A stretch of DNA of 63,030 bases, counting the filler, from Octopus bimaculoides (lineage: Eukaryota), in the NCBI RefSeq assembly GCF_001194135.2. It is 5 parts of 5 records of this genome, joined end to end, with 100 filler letters (N's around TTAATTAATTAA, not from the genome) between each part and the next. Parts side by side here need not be neighbours in the genome. Positions count along the whole stretch, not along the records: positions 1 to 15,460 come from NC_068997.1; 4 more parts are not named here. The stretch is one strand, 5' to 3'. Shown here in pieces: positions 1 through 12,001 of this stretch. The notes under the pieces were generated by a model that did no database searches, was not told the DNA's origin, and was given only the letters and a program-made list of their open reading frames with translations. Made by a program: the position numbers and the translations under genes. Within the stretch, counting starts at the first letter, position 1. Each line of letters begins with the position of its first letter.

Positions 1-645
1 ATATGTTTGTATACATTTATGTAAGTGTGTGTTTGTAAGAGACAGAGTGTGAGTGAGTCAAAGGGTGTGTGCGTGCGTGTGTATGTGTGTGAGACAGTGA
101 GAGAGCGGTGTGTATGTAGTATTTACTCTCTCTCTCATACACGAACACACACACTCACACACAAAATAGGGAGTGAAGCTTTTTGCCGTTGTTACGTCAA
201 TACCGGAGCACGCGTACGCACACGTGTGTCTTTGTAAATATGTTTGTATACATTTATGTATGTGTGTGTTTGTACGAGACAGAGTGTGAGTGAGAGAGAA
301 AGGTTTGTTGTCATGTATACGTACATGCATAAATATACATACATCTTTGGATGTATGCATATGACAACACAGCCCTTGACTCACTCACACTGTCTCTTAC
401 AAACACGCACGCGCGCGCATACACACGTGTGTCTTTGTAAATATGTTTGTATACATTTATGTATGCGTGTGTTTGTAAGAGACAGAGTGTGAGTGAGTCA
501 AGGGGGGAGTGCATGTGTATGTGTGTGAGACAGAGTGAGAGCGGTGTGTATGTAGTATTTACTCTCTCTCTCTCTCTCTCTCTCATACACACTCACACAC
601 AAAATAGAGAGAGAAGCTTTTTGCCGTTGTTACGTCAATACCGGA
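1..645. repeat. Complex local duplication: three copies of a ~57-bp unit (1, ~239, 441), two copies of TTTTGCCGTTGTTACGTCAATACCGGA (181, 619) and one inverted copy (~373-410)
   Basis: Direct reading of repeated and reverse-complement segments. Confidence 0.75.
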
Positions 646-1329
646 AGTTGACATTGAGGAACCTTTTTAAAGAAGTGAGTCTTAAATATAAAGCAATATT
701 ATTTATTTTNNNNNNNNNNNNNNNNNNNNNNNNNNNNNNNNNNNNNNNNNNNNNNNNNNNNNNNNNNNNNNNNNNNNNNNNNNNNNNNNNNNNNNNNNNN
801 NNNNNNNNNNNNNNNNNNNNNNNNNNNNNNNNNNNNNNNNNNNNNNNNNNNNNNNNNNNNNNNNNNNNNNNNNNNNNNNNNNNNNNNNNNNNNNNNNNNN
901 NNNNNNNNNNNNNNNNNNNNNNNNNNNNNNNNNNNNNNNNNNNNNNNNNNNNNNNNNNNNNNNNNNNNNNNNNNNNNNNNNNNNNNNNNNNNNNNNNNNN
1001 NNNNNNNNNNNNNNNNNNNNNNNNNNNNNNNNNNNNNNNNNNNNNNNNNNNNNNNNNNNNNNNNNNNNNNNNNNNNNNNNNNNNNNNNNNNNNNNNNNNN
1101 NNNNNNNNNNNNNNNNNNNNNNNNNNNNNNNNNNNNNNNNNNNNNNNNNNNNNNNNNNNNNNNNNNNNNNNNNNNNNNNNNNNNNNNNNNNNNNNNNNNN
1201 NNNNNNNNNNNNNNNNNNNNNNNNNNNNNNNNNNNNNNNNNNNNNNNNNNNNNNNNNNNNNNNNNNNNNNNNNNNNNNNNNNNNNNNNNNNNNNNNNNNN
1301 NNNNNNNNNNNNNNNNNNNNNNNNNNNNN

Positions 1330-1363
<34 letters not shown>

Positions 1364-2147
1364 TGGAGATTTTTGGAATTTAAATGGATAAGGATGTAAA
1401 TATGCTTGTGAAAGGTTGGAGTAGTTCAAAACAACACAGACAGAAGTTTATTAAATTGAGTTGGGGGATCAATAAAAGCAAGAAATGATGTGTTAAGATG
1501 TGTAATTTGAACCAGCAGAAATAACAATGAAATATTACATACCATCTCTTATGTATTATTGTGTTCTATTTACTTAAGTATATACTTATATTAATTATTA
1601 TGTTGTAATATTCTTAAGTGTATCCTGTATTATATACTTTTTCTCGTGAGTAAACATATTGCTAAAATCAAAGCTTGCCATTATTAACTTGGGTTTTTAT
1701 CCTTTGTTTTGACATTTTGTCATGTACAAAGGATTGATTCAAACAATTCTGTTGCTTCTTGTGGTGACCAGTAGTTGTCAAAATTTAAGAAAGTAACGGA
1801 ATGTTTGAAGTAAGAGTGAATTATTCACTCCTTTGATTGATTTAGCTATTTAATATGTACACAATTACGGTGGTAGACAGACTCATAGAAAACCTAGTGT
1901 AGTGTAGGGTAGGTTTGAAGTATTTTGATTAAGTTTACATTCACATAACCATAGAGATATACAAATATATCATTGATAGTTACAACAGAAATATTTGGCT
2001 GAAGACTAAACAACTTTAAAACATTTAGTGATCCTGAAGAACCATTTGAGGGCGTTCAGTCTCACACAGTTTATTAGGCAGTGGTAATGTTGGACATAGC
2101 TCATCATTGGCCTGTATTCAAAATGTCCATAGTGTAGGTTTTGTAAA

Positions 2148-2455
2148 GGTGTGTGGTTTAGTAGTTAGTGTATTTGGCTCACAATCATAAGGTCATGAGT
2201 TCAATTCCCAACGGCACATTGTGTCCTTGAGCAAGACACTTTATTTCACATTGCTCCAGTCCGCGCAGCTGGCAAAAATGAGTTGTATGTGTAGTTCAGT
2301 GGGCAACCTTGTTGTGTTCGGTGTGTCCTGCTGAATCTTCTGTGTGTCTGTGGAGTATTCAGTCACTTGCAAGTTAATTTTATGAGCTGGCTGTTCTACT
2401 GATTGAATCAACTGGAACACCTGATGTCATAACTAACAGAGTCCGGCCAGTACAA
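2148..2455 (+). mobile_element. tRNA-derived SINE with CORE/Meta-like central domain
   Basis: A/B-box-like head (TGGTTTAGTAGTT...GAGTTCAATTCC), GTGTCCTTGAGCAAGACACTT central motif. Reverse-complement copy at ~25810-26115. Confidence 0.75.
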
Positions 2456-3026
2456 TTCAAAAATAATTTTAAAAGTAAAGTGAAAAAAATCATTTTGGTT
2501 CTTGCAAAGAATTTCCTTCTGAGTTCCCTCAAAGCTTGATCTTAAATCTTCCTGTGGAAGCTCAACTCTAAAGCAGCAACAAAAAGGAATCGATTTTAAT
2601 TTTGCTGATTGAACATTTCTAACTGTTCTCAGTAACCACTACAGACCATCTGTATTGAAGAAATTGTTGCATCTTTGTATTGCTCTCCTCTCTTTGTAGT
2701 TCCCACTCTTCGAGTGTGCGTGGCTCTTCTGAGCTCTCTGAAAATTTGTAATTATGTTAGTAGGGTCTCCTATCCTTTCTGACATTGCAGACATTGTGAA
2801 TAGTCACCAATGACTCTGTCACAGCTCAGCATAACCAATCCTGAGAGAAGAGAATAAAAAATTGACCCCAGTATTGACTGGTACTTTATTTATTAACATC
2901 CAAATGGATGAAAGGAAAGTTGATCTGAAAAGGATATAAACTCAGAACCAAAACAAATATTACCAGGCATTCTACTTGATGTTCTAGCTACTCTACAAAT
3001 TTATGTCATATTAATGTCTACATTAA

Positions 3027-3223
3027 CCCTTTCGTTACCAACCCAGCTGAAACCGTTTGTTTTCATAAGTTTTGAATTAAAATCTTCTGCCAAACCTTAG
3101 TCACAATTTATGTTCCTAACACTAGCTTAATGATAACAAAGTTATTTTACCAAATTCTTTGTTATATTTAAAATAATTGAAAGAAACACAGAGCATCTCA
3201 GAATAAATATGGTAACAAAAGGG
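3027..3223. mobile_element. piggyBac-type MITE (197 bp)
   Basis: TTAA|CCCTTTCGTTACCA ... TGGTAACAAAAGGG|TTAA: 14-bp TIR with 1 mismatch, TTAA target duplication. Confidence 0.85.
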
Positions 3224-4084
3224 TTAATATATGTACGAATTTATAATATGTAGGAGTACATGTTTGATCTCATGTGGTGAAGCAGAAAATAAATATTTTG
3301 AAGACAATGTAGAGACAATAATATGCTTTGGTGAAATTTGAAGAATTGGTTACTATTACTAGGAAGTTCAGCAGTAGAATAGTTTTTTTTTTTTTAACTG
3401 TTTCAGCCAATTGGCTGCTACAAAAAACTCTCTTTTCCTCTCTCCTTCCTTCTCCTCCCTCCTCTTATTACACTAGTTAGGTGAAATAAATATTGGATGC
3501 CACAGGAGCTACTCAGAAGAGCCCTTCTGAATCCATCACACTGTCAGAAACCCTTTCATATCATATCATCAGCAGATTATCTCAGGGTCACAAGTGTGCT
3601 TACACTGTAAAAAAATTTATACTAATCATGACTGATGAAGTTAGTGAATGTGATTAATTTTTTTATGCAAGATATTAATTTTTTTAATTCAAGATATTAA
3701 TTCATTAAGGACTCTAGACAATTCATATCTGGTAATGGACACTGTATGTTATGTGAAAATCTTCTAGAACTGAAGTTGATCAAAAGAAAACAAAAATGTC
3801 TGTGTTGGCATCAGCAAAATGTAGTTTGGTTAGAGGAAGATTCACATACAATAAGTCCAAGACAGTTGTCGGCCTAAACATTTTCCCAGTTCAATGTTTA
3901 ATAGTTCTTTAGTAAAAGGTGTAGTAGATATGTAATTGAATGTCATTCATGTTAATCGTTATGTGTATGAGAGAGAATTGAGTGTGATAACTTTTTAATA
4001 CTGTTTAATGTCTCTTGGATTTCCTTTTTCTTTTAACTTATCAACTAACTTTAAAGAATAAATTTTTCTCTTCTTAAATTCCAG

Positions 4085-4213
4085 GATGCTCGAGCAGCAT
4101 TCCGACAAGAACTCTCTGAGTCGACACAGAAACTTAATGCAATGTCTAAAAAGCTGGGTGCATGCATTGATAAAGCTCGACCATATTATGATGCAAGGAT
4201 GAGGGCAAAAGAG
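4085..4213 (+). CDS. SH3BP5L: SH3BP5-like protein, first visible coding exon (internal, phase 0/0): DARAAFRQELSESTQKLNAMSKKLGACIDKARPYYDARMRAKE
   Basis: Polypyrimidine tract + CCAG acceptor (4081-4084), GTCAGT donor at 4214. 129 nt open. Peptide matches the SH3BP5L/Sab coiled-coil motif LGxCIxKARPYYxAR. Upstream exon(s) not found (outside window or in gap 710-1329). Confidence 0.95.
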
Positions 4214-6340
4214 GTCAGTTTGATTGCATTAATGATTTTTGATGCACACACACACACACACACACACAGACATGCACTTATGCACACCCTATAGAAAATA
4301 GTGGAAGGAGTGAGCTGTAGGCTTTGGATTCCTTTATATTTATTTTAATAGCTTAGTCAGAGGAGGAATGGCAGTGCCTATGACCATTTTGCAAAGTCTC
4401 CAAAGCTGATGAGAAGTGGGGTAAGTATCCACAATTCATAGGTTGTTCTCAGGCTGGAGACCTGATCCAAATGCTAGCAATAGACTGGTCTCTGTTAAAG
4501 GTACCCAGTCTACTACCAATGAACTGCTACACTTCATTTGATGGGCTTCCACACAAGCTCAGTCTACTCACTTTCACTCATGGGGCTTGGAACAACTCAA
4601 GACTAAGGTAGGAGACACTTGATACAATTGCACTGGTGGAATTGTATCAAGAATTATATGATTGTAAAGTTAATCTCTTAAACACTCAGCCAGGCTTGCA
4701 CCAATTTTGGTTGCAGACATAGATGCAGCCATGGCCGTGTAGTTAAGAAGTTAGCTTTCCAGCTACAAGTTTTGGAGTTCAGTCCCACTGCAAGCTGACC
4801 AAAGTCTTGCAAGTGGATTTGGTAGATGGAGATGGAAAGAAGCCTATTGTATATATATACACATACATACATACATGGGTATACTTATGAAATATAATGA
4901 ACATTTAATCAAAGTTCTTCCTATTTTACTAACACATTGAAATGATCTAGAAGTAAAAGTTACAGAGTTTTCAAAAAAAATCATGCTTAAATGATAAATA
5001 CTTTTGACACAACCATGTGTGTAATTACAGTACAGACTGAATTTCAAAATTGAGTTTAAACTTATTTAATTATACTATCGTTATCAAAACAAATTGATTT
5101 TCTAGAAAAAAAAAATGTGAGATTTTCATAACGCTGACCTTATTGCAGGTGGACTTTTACAAGCTGCACCAGTAAAATTATAATGTCACTTTTAGAATTA
5201 CTTTTTGTTTTTGTTTAGGATTTGTGTATATTTTCAATGTATTTTTTTATACAGCAATTATAATAAATCTGAGTAAAATCCTTTTTTCCATGTATCATAA
5301 TGCTTAAAGCATTATGATGTATGGAAAAGTGTATATGAATATTATATTATAGTGTATGGTGCCATGTAAAACCCACCTAGTACAATCTGTAAAGTGGTTG
5401 GCTTTAGGAAGAGCATCAAGCTGTAGAAACCAAGCCAAAAAAGAACTATGGATTATGGTGCAGTCCTTTGCCTTACCAGCTCTTCTGAAGCCATCCAACC
5501 CATGCCAGCATGGAAAATGGATGTATAATGATGTATGGAAAAGTGTTTATATAAAATATATTGATTCCTGATATTTCATTGTCCTCAATTATAGTACATA
5601 TTATACACAAGTACATATATATAGATAAATAAAGATTGTTTTTATGTTGAATGGATACTAAGTAATATTATTTCAATCTGTAATATTATTATAAAAGTCC
5701 TATCAAAAACAACACCTCATTCAAAACTTCCACTATTATGGATATATCAATTGCTTAGTGTATCCTTCTGTGCTCCTTTTCTTGTTAATAAGGCTGACAA
5801 CAAAATTAATGCCATATAATATTTGATATATTCTGAAACACTTTCCAATTTTCTCTAATTTACATTTAAAATTCAACATTTCGATATTCCCAGATATCTG
5901 TATTTTTTTCTTCATAGCCTGTGACTCCAGTTTCTCTACCACAAAATACAAGAAATTTTAAGCTGCATGAAATAGCACCCTTTACACCAAGTACACTATT
6001 TTATCTGATACAAACACTAAACATACTACCGACCCCCTTCCTTGCTATAAATATAACTGTCCTCATTGGGTCGAAACTCTGCAAGTTTATGAAACTTGAA
6101 TAACTGAGGCTGTTGTTCAGTAAGCAAGTGTACCTTATCTATCTCCCTTGCAACTTTATGAAAATGTAACCTTGTCATTCATTAGTCATAATTTTATATA
6201 AAAAAATAATGATAAATCAGTAGGAAGTTAGTAACATTTGTAAATTGCTTTGTTTTATTTATTTTTAACTGACAGCCTTTTATTTATCTATTGTATTTTG
6301 TATTTTAGTGATTTAAAACTGAATTATGTTTCATTTATAG

Positions 6341-6502
6341 GCTCATATTGAGACTCAAAAAGCTGCTGTTCGTTATGAAAGAGCATGCAGCATGCACGAA
6401 GCTGCCAAAGAGATGGTGCATCTTGCAGAACAAGGCTATATGAAACGAGACCAACCTTCTGATCCAGCATGGCAGGAAATGCTTAATCATGCAACCATGA
6501 AG
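6341..6502 (+). CDS. SH3BP5L: SH3BP5-like exon: AHIETQKAAVRYERACSMHEAAKEMVHLAEQGYMKRDQPSDPAWQEMLNHATMK
   Basis: TTTATAG acceptor, GTGAAG donor, 162 nt in frame. Contains family hallmarks ETQKAAxRYERA and DPxWQEMLNHAT. Confidence 0.96.
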
Positions 6503-7406
6503 GTGAAGAGATATTTATTTTTAACATTTCTTTTATTCGCTTGATTTTTGTTCAAACATCATGTTTTCGGGTCTATTTGTGAATCCTAGATTGTAAAGAT
6601 AAGATATGTCTATTAATTTGTTGTTTACATCATTTTAAAAGCTTTATAAAATAGTGTAAGTAGTTCAGTGTTTGGTAAAAAGGCTTGGTAATAGTTTGTT
6701 GAATTCCTCATGGCTTTGAGATGAAACCCTGACTGTTAGAATTTTAAATCATAACCATGAGAAACGTCTTCCATCTTATCAGTGTCAATAAAGTAAATAT
6801 TTATATGTTTAGGTTAACTTGTTTTGAGTAAAAAAAATGTTTAAAGTTCAGTTTTATTCATCACAACATTAATCAAGCTTTTGAAATACTGGTTCAAATT
6901 CTCTTGTGAAATCAATTTTTTAAATGAATGATTAAATTTATTGCCAGTATTATTGCAAAAGCGCTTCTTAATTAGTCACATATCATTCTAAAGATATCTT
7001 CCTATATTCCAACATTTGTGTTGTTCTTTCCCTAGTTGTAGATTCAGTGTTTTGTGAAAGAAATTCAGATAATTTAAATGTAATGAATAAGTCAAGCTCT
7101 GTTTTAAAAAATAACAAACATAAAAAGCTGGAGTTGAACTGAAGAAATCAATAGATTAAAGTTCAATATGTGTCAGACTAATGGTTGAAGTAATTGATTT
7201 TAGAGGCAAAGAAGTGGAAATAACAGAATAATAGGTATTTATGATGTTTGACTGTATTAATGAGAAACATATGGCCATTTTGCTTCTATATTGTTTAATC
7301 CAGATGATGACAAATTGACTTTGACATGAAATGGATAGGGGTAATAGTACCACTGACATATTCTTCAGAATTATTAAGAATCAAACTATTTTAACTGACT
7401 TTCATA

Positions 7407-7690
7407 GGCACAGGTGTGGCTGTGTGGTAAGAAGCTTGCTTCCCAACCTCATAGTTTCAGATTCAGTTGTAGTGTGGCACCTCGGGCAAGTGTCTTCTAT
7501 TATTGGCTCAGACCAACCAAAGCCTTGTGAGTGGATTTGGTAGACAGAAACTGAAAGAAACCTGTCATATGTCTGTGTGTGTGTGTTTTGTCTCCCCCAC
7601 CACACTTGACAACTGGCATAGGTTTGTTTACATCCCTGTAATTTAGTGGTTCAGCAAAATAGACAAATAAAATAAGTATCAGGCTTTAAA
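7407..7690 (+). mobile_element. Abundant tRNA-derived SINE (head GTGTGGTAAGAAGCTTGCTTCCCAACC..., internal microsatellite, tail)
   Basis: Same family recurs at ~4730-4845(+), 7777-7935(+), 8980-9028(-), 9298-9430(-), 21735-22222(-, near full length), 40680-40812(-), 42360-42482(+), 44620-44725(+). Tails at 22890-23100(-) and 30362-30545(-). Confidence 0.8.
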
Positions 7691-8182
7691 AAAAATGTAC
7701 AGCATGGTCACAGTCTAATGATCAAAACAAATAAAAGATCTTGCCAATGTGGCCAAATTTTATATTGTGTTAGTGAATGCAACATGGTCAAAAGATTAAT
7801 AAGTTTGCTTCCCAATCAGAGGGTCTCAGAGGTTCAATCTCACTGCATGGCATCTTGGGCAAGTGTCATTTATTATAGCCTCAGCTCAACCAAATCTTAT
7901 AAGTGAAATTCAGTTAATGGAAACTATGTGGAAGTTCATCAGATTATACCTGTAATTCAATGGTGTAGCCTTGTCACATACTGTGTCACATTGATTCTAT
8001 TTGAGGATTGCTAATGGAACGTATGCCCGTGGAATACTCAGCCACCTACATAATAATTCAACGAGCAGGTAGTTTATCTGATCAAACACCTGATTTGTCA
8101 TTGTCGAGACGAACGGTTCCATGCCATTGATCTTGTTTTCTGCTGCTTGCTCTTAAATTACAATATCTTTATTTAATCTCAG

Positions 8183-8313
8183 GTGAATGAAGCTGAGAAG
8201 GAAAGAATCGAAAGTGAACAGTATCATGAAAGAACTACAAAAATCTTCAAAGAAGCTGAGGAATGTGTTCAGCAGCTTCAGAAAGACTTAAAACGCTCCA
8301 TCAGCAAGTCCAA
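8183..8313 (+). CDS. SH3BP5L: SH3BP5-like exon: VNEAEKERIESEQYHERTTKIFKEAEECVQQLQKDLKRSISKS(K)
   Basis: CTCAG acceptor, GTGAGT donor, 131 nt ending phase 2. Matches family VNEAExER...LQKxLxRxIxKS. Confidence 0.96.
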
Positions 8314-8905
8314 GTGAGTATTTATATTTCTGTCTTCTGTCCTTTTCCACTGTCACCTATAAAAGTAGATATCTGTATGTTATCACCATTAGCATCACAA
8401 TAGTAAATTACTGTATTACACTGTATTATTATGTCTTCGATAAAATAAGTCGTTTCCCTTTGTGTTTGTACTAATAAATAACATCTGGAAGGCTGTCAAT
8501 TTTCTCACAATCAACTGTATCTGTGAATATAATCTTTTGTAGTCTTTAAGAAACAGTTTTGATCTCAAGAGGTGTTTTGCATTCATATTTTCTCAGTTTT
8601 ATAATCTGAAAGCTTTTCTCAGCAACTGTTATTACATGTATAATAAGACAAGTATTTGTGAAATATACATAAGTGATGTCATTATCATCATCATCATCAT
8701 CGCAATGATTGTCCTCGTTTTAATGTCCACTTTTCCATGCTTGAATGGACCAAACTGAGGCAGGTTTTTTTCTATGGCTGGATGCACTTGTTTCCAAGCA
8801 AAGTAATACTTCCCCATGGCAAGATAAATTTTCACAGAAAACTAGAAATGGGGGATAGTGTTCGATGGTGATTCTGTGATGTCAAAACAAAGAGACAGAG
8901 AGAGA

Positions 8906-8906
<1 letters not shown>

Positions 8907-8977
<71 letters not shown>
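8907..8977. repeat. (CA)n microsatellite, representative of dozens of (CA)n/(TA)n/(TATG)n arrays in the window
   Basis: Direct reading. Confidence 0.95.
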
Positions 8978-8983
<6 letters not shown>

Positions 8984-9297
8984 CTCCATCTACCAAATCC
9001 ACTCACCAAGGCTTTGGTTTACCATGGACTGTAGCCTCTTTTGATGCTTCTGCTTCACCATATTTTTTTTCAAGTATTTGTAATAATAATGCAGTGAAAA
9101 TAAACTTAAATACAGCTACCATCTCCAATATCATTGTTATCACCATCATCTCTTCATAATGTCTGAATGAAGTCCTATGAACATAAAGGATGGATGAAAT
9201 TACAACAGTACATCTCTCCACGAGTCCCCCAACTATTCTTGAGTCTGACCTAATTGTTTTATCCAAAGTCTTTGGTCTTCTATACCCTGTTTAGGCC

Positions 9298-9430
9298 TCT
9301 TTCAGTTTCTGCCTACTAGATCCACCCACAAAGCTTTGGTTGGCCAAAAGCTATAGTAGAAAAACACTTGCCTAAGGTGTTATGCAGTGGGACTGAACCC
9401 AGAATCATGTGGTTGGGAAGCAAACTTTTT
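9298..9430 (-). mobile_element. Inverted copy of the same SINE head, downstream of exon 8183-8313
   Basis: Reverse complement aligns to 7429-7560 at roughly 75% identity by eye. Confidence 0.8.
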
Positions 9431-10294
9431 TGCTTCATGTTCTAGTTAACTGAGTCTAATGGGAAGAGTAATATTTTTGATAAAGGACAGCTGGGTTGGT
9501 TAATGTATCTTGTGTAACAAAAACAACAAACGAATTGTTGTAGGGATTAAAATGGACCTTTTCTTTTCTCATTAAACTTCTCAAATCTCACTGTTTCTTC
9601 ACATTTTCTAATCATTTAGTAACTAGAAATTTTAATATGCATGTGCATTACAAGTTGTTGGCCACAATTTTTCACCTCAGGAGCTCAAATTTTGTTATGG
9701 GGAATATCTATTTAAGATGGTCAGAGGCCATGTGGTGTTTTCTGATAATTTCTATAAGCCCAAGCAAAGCTGAATACTGTTACTAGTATACTTATATAGA
9801 ATGCATCAGACATGTATAATGTTGATAACTGTACAGCTATTTATTTGAAACCATTAGCTGTACTCATTGAGATAGTGTGAAAACATCCTAGTGTTCTCTT
9901 AAGTAATCATAAATATAATTGGGAATCTTCTGTTTTGAAATAATTGCTACCTATTGAGCTTTGAATCTAAATCACTGTATACATAGCAAGATATATCATT
10001 AACTGCCATTCTAATTTGCATATAATATTTTAATCAGCCATTGGTCAGACTTATACCAACAGCATTAAATATCCTTAGAGATATTATATCAGTGTACATT
10101 CCTCCTTAAATGTGATGTGTGATTGCGATCACAGCTGTATTGTTGATGACTGGAATGGAGTATCAACAACAAAACATTTCATATAATTTTGTAAATTTTT
10201 GTTGAGAATTTTCTTATTGCTGTTGAGTTTTGAGGTAGACGCTTCGCATACCCTTTTTTGCTAACTTAAAGCTGTTTTTTTTTTTCCACTGCAG

Positions 10295-10337
10295 GCCTTA
10301 TTTTGAAATGAAAGTAAAATTTAATCAAGTGATGGAT
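10295..10337 (+). CDS. SH3BP5L: SH3BP5-like short exon: (K)PYFEMKVKFNQVMD
   Basis: T-rich tract + TGCAG acceptor, GTAAGT donor. 43 nt completes the phase-2 codon AAG. Family motif PYFExK. Confidence 0.95.
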
Positions 10338-11080
10338 GTAAGTATTTTGGTTTTAAATGTTATGAAATATTAAAATACTATTAATTGAATAAATTAAAAA
10401 ATTTAATTTCTTTTTTTTAATTTAAAGATCTTTAGTGAATATGAATGTCAATTTTAAAGTTATAAAATGAACAGGTTTCTTCAGAGAACAAAGTAGTGGA
10501 AAAGTAAGTTTGTAAAGAATGGAAAAAGGATGGTAAAAAAGCAGAATTAAGAGTTGAGAAAATCCAGTTATATGGTAAATGGCTGATATTAGTTTGTAAG
10601 GTGGCTAGGTTATTAGGAGCAACACTCGTGGCATAAGATATGTTAAGTGTTCAATATATACAAATGCACACATACACTTTTCCACATTTTGTGTTATTCA
10701 AGCTATTTTTCAAGACAATTTCAAACAGCAGAAGAGATCTGTGGAAAGTGGGAATATTTAACTATTTGTAGACTCAGCATGACTAACTACAACATCTACA
10801 CCACCATGAGTAGCATCATTCATTGTCGAATTAAGGATCTAAGGCATAAAACTGTTTCCTGGTCTGTTTGCCTGTAACTAATTTTACAGAGTGTTGTTTA
10901 ATCCTATGTCAACCTTTATTGAGCAGATCTGTGATCAAAGGTGTTCCAGTTCTGACCATCTCTTCCATTCGTATATCTAGAATTACATTGTGCCAGCTCT
11001 TTTATCTTTTTTTTTAAGACACTAGAGTGTGAACAGATGATTTGGTTGTTATTTCTAGTAGGTTGGGTTACTATGTAGAG

Positions 11081-11367
11081 CAGGGGTTTTCAAACTTTTT
11101 GACTTTATATTTCAGGCTTTACCTTAGGGACCCCTTATAAACGCTTATGAAATTTATACATAAATATTTGCTTAAAATAACATATATTTTTACATTTATT
11201 TATTTAACAGTATTTAACAAATAGGTTTATTGTCAATTAAAAGATTTCAATTAAAAAACATATATAAAATCAAATTGCCCAGAAAAAGTATTTGCTGTCC
11301 ACGGACCCCGTCTTGTCCTTGCGGACCCCCTGTCTTGTCCTTGCGGACCACAATTTGAAAACCCCTG
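11081..11367. mobile_element. hAT (Buster/Charlie-type) MITE, 287 bp, in last intron
   Basis: TIRs CAGGGGTTTTCAAACT / AATTTGAAAACCCCTG. Perfect 8-bp TSD ATGTAGAG (11073-11080, 11368-11375) with central TA, typical of Buster-type targets. Confidence 0.9.
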
Positions 11368-11704
11368 ATGTAGAGGCTCGTAGTTGTAATTTTTCACCTT
11401 TTTAATAATGATGCTTCACTTAGTTATTGAGCAACTGACACAGGTGGATAGATGGGAAGTATTATGGATGTGGGCCTTACAAGGGTTCTTTTTATGTAGT
11501 ATCAAATATCTTGACAGAATAATCTAAAAGAATGGTGAGATTGGATCTTATTAGCTAAAGTTGATAGCTTAAAGTAAAAGTGTTATTCCTTCACACTTGC
11601 TAGTTGATGCTTTCTTGACCAAAATCTAATGCTAGTTTTGGTGAATTTGTGGAATAAAACAATTCCTGCAGTTTTTAAATAGACGAAATTATCTTGAATT
11701 ATGA

Positions 11705-11920
11705 GGTGGTGAGCTGGCAGAATCGTTAGAATGCTGCGTAAAATGCTAAGTGGCATTTCATCCATCTTTACATTCTGAGTTCAAATTCTGTTGAGGTTGA
11801 CTTGACTTTTCATCCTTTTGGGATCAATAAAATAAATACCATACCAGTTGAGTACTGGGATCAATGTCATCAATTTACTCACTTCCCCGAAATTGCTGGC
11901 CTTGTGCCAAAATTTTGAAA
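11705..11920 (+). mobile_element. Second SINE family (GGCGGTGAGCTGGCAGAA...GAGTTCAAATTC...)
   Basis: Recurs at ~26160-26280, 33118-33290, 33635-33842, 34401-34470, 62415-62745, and inverted at ~2850-2950 and 36150-36270. Confidence 0.8.
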
Positions 11921-12001
11921 TTATCTCAAATTATTTAATTTGTATTTTGTATTCCGGTGAATAAGAACCTTATCTAAATGATGTTTTTATTTTTCTTGCA
12001 G

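Noticed and set aside
1330-4084. Search for the missing N-terminal SH3BP5L exon (LDPRIQ.ELE.LN-type helix)
   Set aside because: No matching spliceable ORF found by eye. It probably lies in gap 710-1329 or upstream of the window.
6050-6095. GGGTC-GAAACT-CTGCA-AGTT possible decayed hammerhead in an SH3BP5L intron
   Set aside because: No recognisable core 5' of stem II.
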